Shown piece by piece: positions 27,815-38,025 of a DNA stretch of 64,000 nucleotides. The stretch lies in assembly GCA_965248575.1 (NCBI GenBank), contig CBDFJQ010000002.1, positions 832,001-896,000 of the forward strand. The letters run 5' to 3'. The position numbers and the translations under genes were made by a program. How positions within the stretch are numbered: position 1 is the first letter of the stretch; each line of letters starts with the position of its first letter. Under the pieces are notes generated by a model that was not told the DNA's origin, made no database searches, and saw only the letters and a program-made list of their open reading frames with translations. The DNA is from Planctomycetota bacterium (GTDB taxonomy: Bacteria; Planctomycetota; B15-G4).

Positions 27815-29143
27815 ATGAAGGGTGGCATGCACGAGTCGGAAACACGTCCGCCCATCGCGGTGCTCTTCGGCAGGGCTGGAGGGCCCGACGGGACCCAGCC
27901 GTCTGGCCTGGAGCCGGAGGATGTCCTGGACGAGCTCGCCGGCCTCGCCGAGGCAGCGGATGTGGGTGTGGCCGGGCGCTTGGTCCAGAGCCTGCAGCGC
28001 CCGCTGCCCGCGACCTACGTCGGGTCCGGCAAGGTGCAAGAGCTCAAGGAGCTCGCGAAGTCCGTGCATGCGGAGCTCGTGCTCGCCGATGTGGACCTCA
28101 GCCCCGCGCAGGCACGGAACCTGACCAAGGCGATCGGGGTGCGCGTGGTGGACCGCTCCGAATTGATCATGGACATCTTTGCCGGCAGAGCGCGCACCGC
28201 TCAGGCGAAGTTGCAGGTCGAGTTGGCCCAGCTGAAGTACATGCTGCCGCGACTGCGTGGCCAGTGGGAGCACCTCGACCGCTACAAGGGCGGCGGAGTC
28301 GGTACCCGTGGGCCGGGTGAAAAGCAGCTCGAGACCGACCGCCGATTGGTGAACAAACGCATCGGCGACCTGCAGTCGCGCCTCGAGGTCTATGGGCGGC
28401 GCACCCAACTGAACCTGGCGGGGCGCAGCATCGCGCGCAAGGTGGCTCTCGCGGGCTACACGAACACGGGCAAGAGCACGCTCTTCAACCGCGTCACAGG
28501 CGCTGACCGCCTGGCTGCGAACCGGCTCTTCGCCACCCTGGATACGAGAACCCGCAAGTGGCGGCTACCACAGTGCGAGGACCTCATCCTGTCTGACACG
28601 GTGGGCTTCGTGCGCGCGCTCCCGCACCATCTGGTCGCGTCCTTCCACGCGACCTTGGAGGAGGTGGTGGAGGCAGACCTGGTGCTGCACGTCGTGGACG
28701 CCGCCGACCCGCATGTCGTCGACTGCATGCAAGCCGTCGCAGAGACGCTCAAGGAAATCGGTGCCGCAGACGTGCCGACCATCACGGTCTTCAACAAGGT
28801 GGACCTGGTGACCGACACCATGGAACTCCAGTCGCTCCTGAACGCGCACCCTGGAGCGGTGGTCATCTCCGCGCGCACGGGTTACGGGCTCAACGATCTC
28901 GAGCAGGCCGTGCGCAGCTTCTTCATCGCGCGGACATGCGAGTTCGAGCTGGTGGTGCCCATCCACCGTGGTCGCGAGCTGGCCCGGGCGGGCGAGCTTG
29001 CAGAAGTCACGGCGAGTGAGGCGGACACGGAGATGGTGCGATTGAGCCTGCGCGTGGAGGACGGCCGCATCGCGCGCCTCAAGGCCTGGGCCGAGGCGGA
29101 GGGCCTCGAGCTCAGTGCAAGCGGATCCGCTCGCCCGGCGTGA
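27815..29143 (+). CDS. hflX: Ribosome-splitting GTPase HflX
   Basis: GPGEKQLETDRR, GYTNTGKS, LFATLD, DTVGF, NKVD. Confidence 0.95.
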   Translation: MKGGMHESETRPPIAVLFGRAGGPDGTQPSGLEPEDVLDELAGLAEAADVGVAGRLVQSLQRPLPATYVGSGKVQELKELAKSVHAELVLADVDLSPAQARNLTKAIGVRVVDRSELIMDIFAGRARTAQAKLQVELAQLKYMLPRLRGQWEHLDRYKGGGVGTRGPGEKQLETDRRLVNKRIGDLQSRLEVYGRRTQLNLAGRSIARKVALAGYTNTGKSTLFNRVTGADRLAANRLFATLDTRTRKWRLPQCEDLILSDTVGFVRALPHHLVASFHATLEEVVEADLVLHVVDAADPHVVDCMQAVAETLKEIGAADVPTITVFNKVDLVTDTMELQSLLNAHPGAVVISARTGYGLNDLEQAVRSFFIARTCEFELVVPIHRGRELARAGELAEVTASEADTEMVRLSLRVEDGRIARLKAWAEAEGLELSASGSARPA

Positions 29144-29498
29144 GCTGATCAGGGTCGCTCAGCTGGTTCAAGCGGGCGAGGTCCGGAGCCCAGCTGGCCG
29201 AACCCAACTTGTCCTGCGCGATGCTGCTGAGCGTGTCACCGACCTGGATGACGTACCACTCCTGGTCCGCCTCGGGAACGCCCCAGACATCGCCACCTGA
29301 TTCGTCGTCGACCTCAGGGGAGAGCTGGGCCTCAGCCCCCGGCTCGGGGACCGTGCCGAAGAGCAGCACCAGCTCATCGTCCTGACTGATGCGGCCGGGC
29401 TCGTCGGCCGCCATGGCGGGCAAACGCTCCACCATGGTGACCGCCAGGGCCACGAGCGCCAAGAACAGCGCCAGCGCAAGCAGCTGGGTGCGGCTCAG
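29112..29498 (-). CDS. Membrane-anchored LysM domain protein
   Basis: YVIQVGDTLSSIA...LARLNQLSDPDQLTPGERIRL; N-terminal hydrophobic helix; start is CTG 29498 or TTG 29462. Confidence 0.75.
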   Translation of the reverse strand: MSRTQLLALALFLALVALAVTMVERLPAMAADEPGRISQDDELVLLFGTVPEPGAEAQLSPEVDDESGGDVWGVPEADQEWYVIQVGDTLSSIAQDKLGSASWAPDLARLNQLSDPDQLTPGERIRLH

Positions 29499-32344
29499 GC
29501 GGGAACTCCCTCGGCCTGGCCGCCCTTCTTGTTCTGTGAAGAGCCCTTGGATGAATTCTTGGCCGCGCTCGGCTTCTGGCTCGGAGCGCTGCCCGTGGTG
29601 TCGTACTTCTTCGCGATCATCGCCAGAACGGGGCTGGCCACGAAGATGGACGAGTAGGTTCCCACGAGGACGCCCAGGATCATGGCGAAGGAGAAGCCCT
29701 CGAGCACGTTCTGCCGTCCGTAGTTGAAGACGAAGATGATGATCAAGGCCACCAAGGTCGTCATGGACGTGAGCACGGTACGCGAGAGCGTCTGGTTGAT
29801 GGAGATGTCGAGCACTTCCTGGAAGGTCTTGTCCTTCAGGCGCGGCAGGTTCTCGCGGATGCGATCGAAGAGCACGATCGTGTCGTTAAGGGAGTAGCCG
29901 ATGATCGTCAGGAAGGCTGCGATCATCGCCAGGTCGATCTCCACGTCCACGAAGCCGGAGAAGTGCGCCAAGGCCACCACGCCCAGGGTGATGGACACGT
30001 CGTGGGCCAAGGCCACGATGGCGGCGATGCCATAGCGGTACTCCCGGAAGCGGACCCGGATGTAGAGCACGATGGCGATGAACGAGAGCAGGATGGCCCG
30101 GATGGCCGAGTCCCGCAGCTCGGTGCCCACCCTCGAACCGATGGTGGTGGATTCGAGGAAGGGCTCGCTGGCTGCCGGGAGATCAGGAACATCCACGAGG
30201 CTGGTGCGGAAGCGCTGGACGACCTGTTGGGCGTCCAGGTCAACCCGGGCCCAACGTCCACTGACGTGGACACCGCCACCGGGTGCAGCCGACGTCTGTA
30301 CGCCTGAGAGGAAGCCGAGGTGGGCGGCAACCTTCTCGGGTGTCACCGTCTCTGCCGCCGTTTCGCTGTCCTCGAAGTGGAGCGTGCCCGAGATGCTGGT
30401 GCTGGCGTTCTCGGTGTCCTCGTCGAGGCTCAGCCCCGTCATGAAGTCCGGGAGCACCTTGCCAGCCAAGGCCACCTTGAGCGGGTTCTCGAAGCGATCT
30501 TCCAGAGCCGTCTCGTCGTTCTTGTCGTCGATCTCACCCGGCTGGGCCTTGATCTTGATGACGTACTGCTTGCTGGTGCCGTCGGTGCTCTCGTCATCGA
30601 TGACCGAGATGACCTGGGCACCGGCGAAGCGTTCGCCCACCGTCTCGCTGATGTCGGATTGGGTCGTCGACTCGGCCAAGCGGACGTGTGCCTTGTAGCC
30701 ACCGAGGAAGTCGAGACCGTACTTGTCGCGGTCAGCGAGGAAGAAGGCCACGAGGCTTGCGACCACCAGCAGCACGGACACGCGCAAGGCCGTCTTGGAC
30801 TTAGCCATGAAACCGATGCTGGTCTCGCTCTTGATCAGGCGGCGCATGGAGATGTTGGTCCAGCCGCCTTCCACGAGTTTGTCGTAGAACACGCGGCCCA
30901 CCAGCAGGACGCTGAAGACCGAGGTGACGATACCGGTCATGAGGATGACCGAGAAGCCACGCACCGGGCCGGTGCCGACCTTGTAGAGGATGAAGGCCGT
31001 CACGAAGGTCGTGACGTTGGCGTCCACGATGGTGGAGAAGGCCTTCTCGAAGCCCAGTCGCACCGCCTGGTCCACGCCCTTGGCTCGGTCGGCTTCCTCG
31101 CGGATGCGCTCGAAGACGAGGATGTTGGCGTCCACCGCCATGCCGATGGTGAGCACCAGACCTGCGATGCCAGGCAGGGTCAGTGTGGCACCAAGGAACA
31201 TGAGGATGCCCGTGAGCAACGTCATGTTGACCAGCAGACAGATGCCAGCGATCAAGCCATTGGTGCGGTAGTACACCAGCATGAACGCGATGATGGCCAG
31301 AAAGCCGAAGAACGAGGCGGACACACCTGCTGAGATGGCGGCCTCACCGAGGCTCGGTCCCACGGTGTTCTCGAACAACAGCCGGGGCTTCATCTGCAGG
31401 CTGCCCGACTTGATGACCGTGAGGTAGTCCTTGATCTCGGTCGGAGTGAAGCCAGCGACGCCACCCGAGGTGATGACGAAGAAGTCCTCGAGGCGGTCGT
31501 TGATGGTGGCAGGCTGCTCGGACAAACGACCGTCCAACAGGATGCCCATGGCCCGGCCCGCGTTGGGCTCGGTCCAGTCGCCGAACTCACTCGCACGACT
31601 GGGGTTCATGAAGATGCCCACAGCCGGGTTGCCCGAGCTGTCCATGGTCTGCTGGGCTCGCACGATGTCGGAGCCCGTGAAGGTGCGGACCGCAGCCAGC
31701 TCACGCTTGATGAGGCGGAAGTCGGCGGTGCTCAGGGGCGCAGCCGTCAGCAACTCCGCGATGTCCACCGGCCCATCGGCTGCGTTGAGGTCCACTCCAC
31801 GCGCCGCGGCCAGGTACTTGTCGGAGAAGGCGTACCAGCGATAGAGCACGTCCGGCGTCTTGATCTCGAGGCTGGTGAGATCGATCTCGTCGGGCAGGCG
31901 CCCGGCGTTCTCCTCAGCGCTGAGCAGCTCCGTGAGCCGGGCGGTCTCATCCGAGATGATGACCTTGTTGCGGACGTCGTCGTCGCTGCCGTCGCCGCGC
32001 ATGACGATTCGGAAGTCGAGGCGTCCCACCCGGGAAATAGCGCTCTTGATGCTCTCGGCCTCATCCTTGGATGAGCCCGGCAACTCGATCACGATCTCGT
32101 TGTCACCCTGGCGGGTGATGGCGGACTCCTTGATGCCGTAGGTGTTGATGCGGTCGCGAAGCGTGTCTGCCGTCGCGTCCATCATCGCAGGCAGGTCTTC
32201 GGGGAGCACGCCCTCTGGCGGCTCCAGCTCGTAACGCATGGTCACGCCGCCCTGCAGATCCAAGCCCAGAACCAAGGGCTTGCTCAGGATGCCGTAAGCG
32301 GCGAGCGCAAGAGAAAGGACGATCCAGGTCAGCCTACTGGCCAC
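29495..32344 (-). CDS. secDF: Fused protein translocase subunit SecDF
   Basis: LGLDLQGG, GMAVDANILVFERIREE, GLDFLGG, GYSLNDTIVLFDRIREN. Confidence 0.96.
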   Translation of the reverse strand: MASRLTWIVLSLALAAYGILSKPLVLGLDLQGGVTMRYELEPPEGVLPEDLPAMMDATADTLRDRINTYGIKESAITRQGDNEIVIELPGSSKDEAESIKSAISRVGRLDFRIVMRGDGSDDDVRNKVIISDETARLTELLSAEENAGRLPDEIDLTSLEIKTPDVLYRWYAFSDKYLAAARGVDLNAADGPVDIAELLTAAPLSTADFRLIKRELAAVRTFTGSDIVRAQQTMDSSGNPAVGIFMNPSRASEFGDWTEPNAGRAMGILLDGRLSEQPATINDRLEDFFVITSGGVAGFTPTEIKDYLTVIKSGSLQMKPRLLFENTVGPSLGEAAISAGVSASFFGFLAIIAFMLVYYRTNGLIAGICLLVNMTLLTGILMFLGATLTLPGIAGLVLTIGMAVDANILVFERIREEADRAKGVDQAVRLGFEKAFSTIVDANVTTFVTAFILYKVGTGPVRGFSVILMTGIVTSVFSVLLVGRVFYDKLVEGGWTNISMRRLIKSETSIGFMAKSKTALRVSVLLVVASLVAFFLADRDKYGLDFLGGYKAHVRLAESTTQSDISETVGERFAGAQVISVIDDESTDGTSKQYVIKIKAQPGEIDDKNDETALEDRFENPLKVALAGKVLPDFMTGLSLDEDTENASTSISGTLHFEDSETAAETVTPEKVAAHLGFLSGVQTSAAPGGGVHVSGRWARVDLDAQQVVQRFRTSLVDVPDLPAASEPFLESTTIGSRVGTELRDSAIRAILLSFIAIVLYIRVRFREYRYGIAAIVALAHDVSITLGVVALAHFSGFVDVEIDLAMIAAFLTIIGYSLNDTIVLFDRIRENLPRLKDKTFQEVLDISINQTLSRTVLTSMTTLVALIIIFVFNYGRQNVLEGFSFAMILGVLVGTYSSIFVASPVLAMIAKKYDTTGSAPSQKPSAAKNSSKGSSQNKKGGQAEGVPA

Positions 32345-32475
32345 GGTGTTGCTCCCGCGAAATGGGCGGTGGGGCGCGCTACGAAAAGAAGGCTCGGCTG
32401 CCTAGCCCGCGATCATCCGATGCATGGACGATGCGCGGCCGAACAGCCTCGCCGAACAATGGGGTGGAACGAGAA

Positions 32476-32889
32476 CTACTCGGACTTGGCCGACTTGGCC
32501 TTCTTGTCGCCCTTGCGAACGCTGCGCTCCTTGATACGAGCCGCCTTGCCGCTCTTCTGGCGCAGGTCGTAGAGCTTGGCGCGACGCACATCGCCGTGGC
32601 GGATGATCTTGACGTCGGTCACCAGGGGCGAGTGGAGGGGGAAGACGCGCTCGACACCCTCGCCCTGCACCACGCGGCGCACGGTGAAGGAGCGGCCCAG
32701 GCCGCTGCCGCCCATGGCAATGACGTCGCCGATGAAGTTCTGGATGCGCTGGCGGTCTTCCTGCTTCTTGGCGCCCTTGGGGGCTGCCTCGCGGATGAGC
32801 ACGCCCACCGACACGTGGTCTCCCACCTTGAACTCGGGGAGTTCGGACTTGCCGAGGGTCTCTTCAACGGAATCGAGCTTGGTGCTCAT
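32476..32889 (-). CDS. rplS: 50S ribosomal protein L19
   Basis: FTVRR...GEGVERVFPLHSP...VRRAKLY. Confidence 0.97.
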   Translation of the reverse strand: MSTKLDSVEETLGKSELPEFKVGDHVSVGVLIREAAPKGAKKQEDRQRIQNFIGDVIAMGGSGLGRSFTVRRVVQGEGVERVFPLHSPLVTDVKIIRHGDVRRAKLYDLRQKSGKAARIKERSVRKGDKKAKSAKSE

Positions 32890-32906
32890 CTCTCTGCCTT
32901 TACCTT

Positions 32907-33638
32907 TCAGGAAGGGGCCCGCAAGCGGGTCCCGTCGTCGTGTGCCCTGTTGAAGCGCTCGGCCCAGACGGCCGTTCGCGCATCAGACTGGCTGCGACGC
33001 CAGCGGGCAATGCGTTCGTGATCCCCACTCAGCAGGACGTCCGGCACTTGCCGGCCGCGAAAGCTGGGGGGGCGTGTGTAATGCGGATGATCGAGGCGGT
33101 CTTCCACGAAGGAATCCTGCACCGCCGATTGTTCGTCGCCCAGCACGCCGGGCAACAGGCGCGCAGCGGATTCGATGGCAGCCATGGCTGCGAGTTCGCC
33201 GCCTGACATGACGAACGGCCCCAAGGACAGTTCGAGCCAGTTGAAGCCCTCGTGGATGCGTTCGTCGAAACCCTCGTAGCGGCCACACAGCATGAGCGAC
33301 TCGGGCTGGTGGCTGAGCCATTCCGCGCGCCGCTGGCCCAGGGGCTCACCCGTCGGCGTGAAGAGGATCAGCGGCATCGACGGGCTCTCGCTCTTGGCGA
33401 GCACGTCCTCGATGGCGTCAAAGACCGGTTCGGGTTTGAGCACCATGCCGGGGCCGCCACCGTAGGGGCGACCGTCCACGGTGCGGTGCCGATCCGTCGC
33501 GTAGTCCCGGAAGTCCACGGTCTCCACCTCCAGCGCACCCTTCTCCCGGGCGATGCCCACGATGCTCTCTTCGAGGAAGGCCTCGAACAGGCGGGGAAAG
33601 AGGCTGAGGATGTGGACCTTCACGTGGACGGTGTCCAC
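32907..33638 (-). CDS. trmD: tRNA (guanine37-N1)-methyltransferase
   Basis: PYGGGPGMVL, CGRYEGFDER, SGGE, PHYTRP, LLSGDH. Confidence 0.97.
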   Translation of the reverse strand: MDTVHVKVHILSLFPRLFEAFLEESIVGIAREKGALEVETVDFRDYATDRHRTVDGRPYGGGPGMVLKPEPVFDAIEDVLAKSESPSMPLILFTPTGEPLGQRRAEWLSHQPESLMLCGRYEGFDERIHEGFNWLELSLGPFVMSGGELAAMAAIESAARLLPGVLGDEQSAVQDSFVEDRLDHPHYTRPPSFRGRQVPDVLLSGDHERIARWRRSQSDARTAVWAERFNRAHDDGTRLRAPS

Positions 33639-33793
33639 CGGCGAGACCGGTGCTCTGGATTAGGGAGGAAGCGGGGACCGAGACGAGCGGGAGCCCAGGG
33701 GTCCAAGCACCCATGAGCGCGGGGATCCGAGGCGAAGGCTTTGCGCCTGCCTCTCCCGAACTCGTGGTCTTAAACCCTTGGGCGAAACCCGCT

Positions 33794-33821
33794 AGTGTAG
33801 ATCCGCTCGGGCTCGGGTCAA
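33794..33821 (-). promoter_or_regulatory. Candidate sigma70 promoter for trmD-rplS
   Basis: Minus strand TTGACC-N16-TACACT about 155 bp upstream of trmD. Confidence 0.5.
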
Positions 33822-33867
33822 GGCCGCGTCAGCCCCTTCGATCCAGCTCGATTCAGGAGACCGTCCC

Positions 33868-34584
33868 ATGTTCACCGGCATCGTGGAAGCAGCCTGCCCT
33901 CTGCTGGTGGCCCGCGAGCACGAAGGGGGGCGCCGCCTGGTCATCGACCTCGGTCCGCTGCGGGCCCTGGCTGCCGACCCCATTGCCGACCCCATTGCCG
34001 ACCTGGATCCAGGCGTGAAGGGGGCCGGTGAGGCTCCCGAGCCCGGTTTGCCTGGCCCTCAGGGGCCTTTGGTGGGCTTGGGAGACAGTGTGGCCGTGAA
34101 TGGGGTGTGTCTGACGGTCGCCGCCCTCGACGGGGACGAGGCGGCCTTCGATGTGGTGCCGGAGAGTCTCAGCCGGACCAATCTGGGCCGGACGCTGCCC
34201 CAGAGCAGCGTGAATGTGGAACGGGCCATGCGTTTCGGGGCCAGGGTGGATGGGCACCTCGTGCAGGGCCATGTGGAGAGCTGTGCACCCCTCTCGGCCC
34301 GTGAGTCGCTGCCCGGGGAACTGCGCCTCACGGTTGGCTGCGGGCCGGATTTCATCAGTCGCTGCCTGCCCAAGGGCTCTGTGACCGTCAACGGCGTGAG
34401 CCTGACCGTGGCCGAGTTGCACTCCGACGCCTTCGTGGTGGCCCTGGTGCCGCACACCCTGGAGCGCACCACCTTGGGAGATCTGGCGCTCGGAGATTTC
34501 GTCAATCTGGAGCCGGACATGATCGGCCAGTGGGTCCTGCGGGCCGTGGCCAACATGCACGGAGGCACGGGTGGCCCGTCTTGA
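33868..34584 (+). CDS. ribE: Riboflavin synthase
   Basis: MFTGIVE N-terminus, GDSVAVNGVCLTV, GHLVQGHV, NGVSLTV; AGGAG RBS. Confidence 0.95.
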   Translation: MFTGIVEAACPLLVAREHEGGRRLVIDLGPLRALAADPIADPIADLDPGVKGAGEAPEPGLPGPQGPLVGLGDSVAVNGVCLTVAALDGDEAAFDVVPESLSRTNLGRTLPQSSVNVERAMRFGARVDGHLVQGHVESCAPLSARESLPGELRLTVGCGPDFISRCLPKGSVTVNGVSLTVAELHSDAFVVALVPHTLERTTLGDLALGDFVNLEPDMIGQWVLRAVANMHGGTGGPS

Positions 34585-34623
34585 GCCGGCAGATTCCTGA
34601 CCTCGACCGGGCTTAGGCGCGGC

Positions 34624-35505
34624 CTAGAACGTCTTCTTCAGGCCTGTGTCGAGGCTCACGGGATCGTAGGAGAGGTCCTGGCGCGCCTCTTCGGTGTCCA
34701 CCACGTGGTCCATGAGGTGGAAGGAGAGCACCGACTTGGCCCTCGGCTTCCCCAGCATGGACAGCACGCTAGCCGCGAGATTCATGAGGCCCAAGGGCAG
34801 GGATCGGATGGCCGCCTGACCACCGCTGGCGTCCCGCACGGCCTCGCGGTAGTGCCGCACGCTCACGGCTTCTGGGCCGCCCAGCCGGTAGGTCCGGCTG
34901 ACGAGTTTGCTGCGCTCCGCCGCCACAACACAGGCCAGAGCCACGTCTTCCACGTGGACGGGCTGGATCAGCACACGACCGCCGCCGGGCAGCCACTGAG
35001 TGCCGTGGGCCATGCGCGCCACGAGTTCGGGTGTGTTGGTCTTGTCGCCCTTGCCGTAGATGAGTGCGGGGCGCAATACCACGTGGGACAGGCCCGACGC
35101 CCTGACGACCTCTTCCGCCGCGAGCTTGCTCTCGCTGTAGTCCGTGGGGGGGACGTCCTCCACGGAGAATGTGGAGACGTGCACCATGCGCGGGGCTGGC
35201 TGGAGGCCCGCGAGGGCGGCGCAAAGGGCGGCCGTCCCCTCGATGTTGACCGAGTTCAGCTTGGGGTCGTGGTCGACCACGATGGCGGCGGCATGCACCA
35301 CAGCCTCCGGATCGATCTCACGCAGCGCTGCGGCCAGGGGCCCGGGTCGGGTGAGGTCCCCTTCCTGAATTTCTGCCCCAGACGGGACGCCCCGGGCACG
35401 TTCTGGGTGGCGACTGAGGACGACGACCTCGTGACCGCGCTCCAGAGCGATGGCCGCCACGTGGCGCCCCAGGAATCCCGCACCGCCGGTCACCAGAAGC
35501 TTCAC
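34624..35505 (-). CDS. NAD-dependent epimerase/dehydratase (extended SDR)
   Basis: VTGGAGFLG, YSESK (YxxxK), LRPALIYG, PVHVED. Confidence 0.85.
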   Translation of the reverse strand: MKLLVTGGAGFLGRHVAAIALERGHEVVVLSRHPERARGVPSGAEIQEGDLTRPGPLAAALREIDPEAVVHAAAIVVDHDPKLNSVNIEGTAALCAALAGLQPAPRMVHVSTFSVEDVPPTDYSESKLAAEEVVRASGLSHVVLRPALIYGKGDKTNTPELVARMAHGTQWLPGGGRVLIQPVHVEDVALACVVAAERSKLVSRTYRLGGPEAVSVRHYREAVRDASGGQAAIRSLPLGLMNLAASVLSMLGKPRAKSVLSFHLMDHVVDTEEARQDLSYDPVSLDTGLKKTF

Positions 35506-35674
35506 GCGTGGGTTGGTCCGCAAGGGGAATGGGAGGCGTGGCTTGGAAGCCCACCAGGGCACTGCTAGCCTCCCTGTGGCGCCCAACTTAGGCGACGCGG
35601 GGCTGGAATCCCACCGCGCGGCTGGGACGGTGGGCCCGTCCTCCTCCGACCGACCCTCTGGAGCCCGACTGCTC

Positions 35675-36892
35675 GTGCGCGTGCTGCAGGTGATGGAGTG
35701 CACCATCGGTGGAACCCGACGCCACCTGCGAGATCTCAGCCTCGGTCTCCTGGAGCGCGGGGTCGAGCTGGAGGTGGTCTGCGCGGCTTTGCGGGAGCCT
35801 GACATGCGCCGCGACATGGAGCTCATGCGCGAGCGCGGCGCCCGTGTGCACGAGTTGCCAATGATCCGCCCCATCAGTCCGCTTCGAGACGCGTGGCACG
35901 CCCTGCGGCTTGCAGCCATCGCCTGGGATCGCGGCTTCGACGTCATCCACAGCCACTCCAGCAAGGCGGGCGCCTTGGCCCGCAGCGTCGGGCTGCTGGG
36001 CTCGAGTGCCGTACGCATCCACACGCCTCACACCTATGCGGCCTCCTTTGAGGGCGGCAAGGGGCAAGGCGGAGAGGCGCCGGGGAACCTGGCGCTGATC
36101 CTCGCGACGGAACGTCTGCTCGGAAAGGCCACGCACCGGCTCGTGCACGTGAGCGCGGACGAGCGGGACGAGGGCCAGCAGCTGGGCGTGATTCCAGCTC
36201 GCCGGGCGCGGGTGGTTCCCAATGGAATCCGGCCGAAGGACTTCGCGTCCCCGCGAGGGGGGGCAGCCCTGCGAGCTGAACTGGGCATCCCGCGGGCAGC
36301 ACCGCTGGTGGGAACCGTCGGGCTGCTGAACGATGCCAAGGGTCACGACAGCTTGTTGCGCGCCGTGGCCACGCTGGACGAACGCGTGCATCTGCTCTTG
36401 GTGGGCCACGGAGAACTGGAACCCCAGCTCCGCGCCCTGGCAGAACAGCTCGGGTTGCAGGCGCGCGTGCACTTCGCTGGATGGCGTGACGAGGTGCACT
36501 CGGCCCATGACGCCATGGACGTGTTCGTGCTGTCCTCGCGCTGGGAGGGCCTGAGCTACGCCCTTCTGGAAGCCGTAGCGGCCGGCGTGCCGGCCGTCTC
36601 CACGGCCGTCAATGGGAGCCGCGACGTGTTGGACCCTGAGGGGCAGTCGCCCTGCGGGCTGGTGGTCCCCTGTGAAGACACAGCGGCTTTGGCAGAAGCC
36701 ATGGGGCGGCTGCTCGCAGACTCAGCGGATGCGCAACAGTTGGCGCGCCGACTGTCGGCGGCTGGCCCCGCCCGGGTCGGGTCGCACTTCAGTCTCGACT
36801 CGATGGTGGAGCAGACCCTGGGCGTGTATCGAGAGGCCCTGGGTTGGTCCGCAGCGACGAGCACAGGAATGCATCCCGGGAGCAGCTCGTGA
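35675..36892 (+). CDS. Glycosyltransferase family 4
   Basis: IHSHSSKAG, KGH, SRWEGLSYALLEA. Confidence 0.9.
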   Translation: MRVLQVMECTIGGTRRHLRDLSLGLLERGVELEVVCAALREPDMRRDMELMRERGARVHELPMIRPISPLRDAWHALRLAAIAWDRGFDVIHSHSSKAGALARSVGLLGSSAVRIHTPHTYAASFEGGKGQGGEAPGNLALILATERLLGKATHRLVHVSADERDEGQQLGVIPARRARVVPNGIRPKDFASPRGGAALRAELGIPRAAPLVGTVGLLNDAKGHDSLLRAVATLDERVHLLLVGHGELEPQLRALAEQLGLQARVHFAGWRDEVHSAHDAMDVFVLSSRWEGLSYALLEAVAAGVPAVSTAVNGSRDVLDPEGQSPCGLVVPCEDTAALAEAMGRLLADSADAQQLARRLSAAGPARVGSHFSLDSMVEQTLGVYREALGWSAATSTGMHPGSSS

Positions 36893-38025
36893 GGATCGTG
36901 CACTTCATCACCACCTTGGGCGTGGGCGGTGCCGAGAAGCACCTGTTGTGGTTGGGTGCGGGCCAGTTGGCTGCGGGCCACGAGGTGTCGGTGGCCTGGC
37001 TGAAGGGCGAGGGAGAATTGCAGGGCGACTTCGAGGCGGCCGGCATGTCGGCCCAGAAGATCCCCTTCGAGTCAGCGGGGCAACTGCCGGCAGCCCTGGG
37101 AGCCCTTGAAGCCCACCTGCGCCAGCTGGCCCCGGACGTCTTGCACACGCACTTGCTCAAGGCGGATTCGCTCGGCGCCTGGGTCGGACATCGCGCGGGT
37201 GTTCCTGTCGTGGTGTCCAGCAAGCACAACGACGAGCGGGCCCTGCTGCGTCGCTCGGTGGGCTTCGTGCACGGCATTCTGTGTCGACGGGTGGATCGCA
37301 TCATCGCCCTCTCGGACCATGTGGCTCGCTTCGTTGCGCAGCACGGGCGCGTCCCGCGCGAGGCCATCACGCGGATCTACTACGGAGTGGATGCGGACAC
37401 CCTGGGCGCGTCACGGCCATCAGAAGACGTGCGTCGTGAAACGCGCGCGGCGCTGGGACTGCAGGCTGGGACGCCGACCCTGATCTGTGTTGGGCGTCTC
37501 GCGCAGCAAAAGGACCACCCCACCTTGTTGCGCAGCCTCGCCCTGTTGCCGCCGGAGGTCGTCTTGCTGATCGTGGGCGGCGATCCCTTCGGGGACGGGC
37601 GCGAGCGCCTGGAGGCCGCTGCTCAGCAGCTGGGGCTTGAGAACCAGGCTCGTTTCCTGGGCATCCGCCACGACGTGCAGGACCTGCTCATGGCGAGCGA
37701 TCTCTTCGTCCTGCCCTCGCTTTGGGAAGGCCTGGGTCTCGTGTTCCTGGAAGCCATGGCCGTGCGCCTGCCCATCGTCGCCAGCAATGTGTCCGCCATC
37801 CCGGAAGTCATCGAGGACGGCGTGTCGGGCTGGCTCGTGCCCCCGGGCGACCCGGAGGCGCTCGCGGCGGCCATCCAGGAAGGGCTCGCGGACGAGGCGG
37901 GGCGGCTGGCGCGGGGGCTCGCCGGCCAGATGCGGCTGCTCGAGCGTTTCGCCCTTCCACCGATGATCCAACAGACCCTGGCGCTGTATGCCGAAGCGCT
38001 GACTGAGAAAGGGCGAACGCCGTGA
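36889..38025 (+). CDS. Glycosyltransferase family 4
   Basis: GGAEKHL, GRLAQQKDH, PSLWEGLGLVFLEAM. Confidence 0.9.
   Translation: MRIVHFITTLGVGGAEKHLLWLGAGQLAAGHEVSVAWLKGEGELQGDFEAAGMSAQKIPFESAGQLPAALGALEAHLRQLAPDVLHTHLLKADSLGAWVGHRAGVPVVVSSKHNDERALLRRSVGFVHGILCRRVDRIIALSDHVARFVAQHGRVPREAITRIYYGVDADTLGASRPSEDVRRETRAALGLQAGTPTLICVGRLAQQKDHPTLLRSLALLPPEVVLLIVGGDPFGDGRERLEAAAQQLGLENQARFLGIRHDVQDLLMASDLFVLPSLWEGLGLVFLEAMAVRLPIVASNVSAIPEVIEDGVSGWLVPPGDPEALAAAIQEGLADEAGRLARGLAGQMRLLERFALPPMIQQTLALYAEALTEKGRTP

Noticed and set aside
33640..33867. FMN riboswitch upstream of riboflavin synthase
   Set aside because: The conserved RFN sequence blocks are not recognisable.
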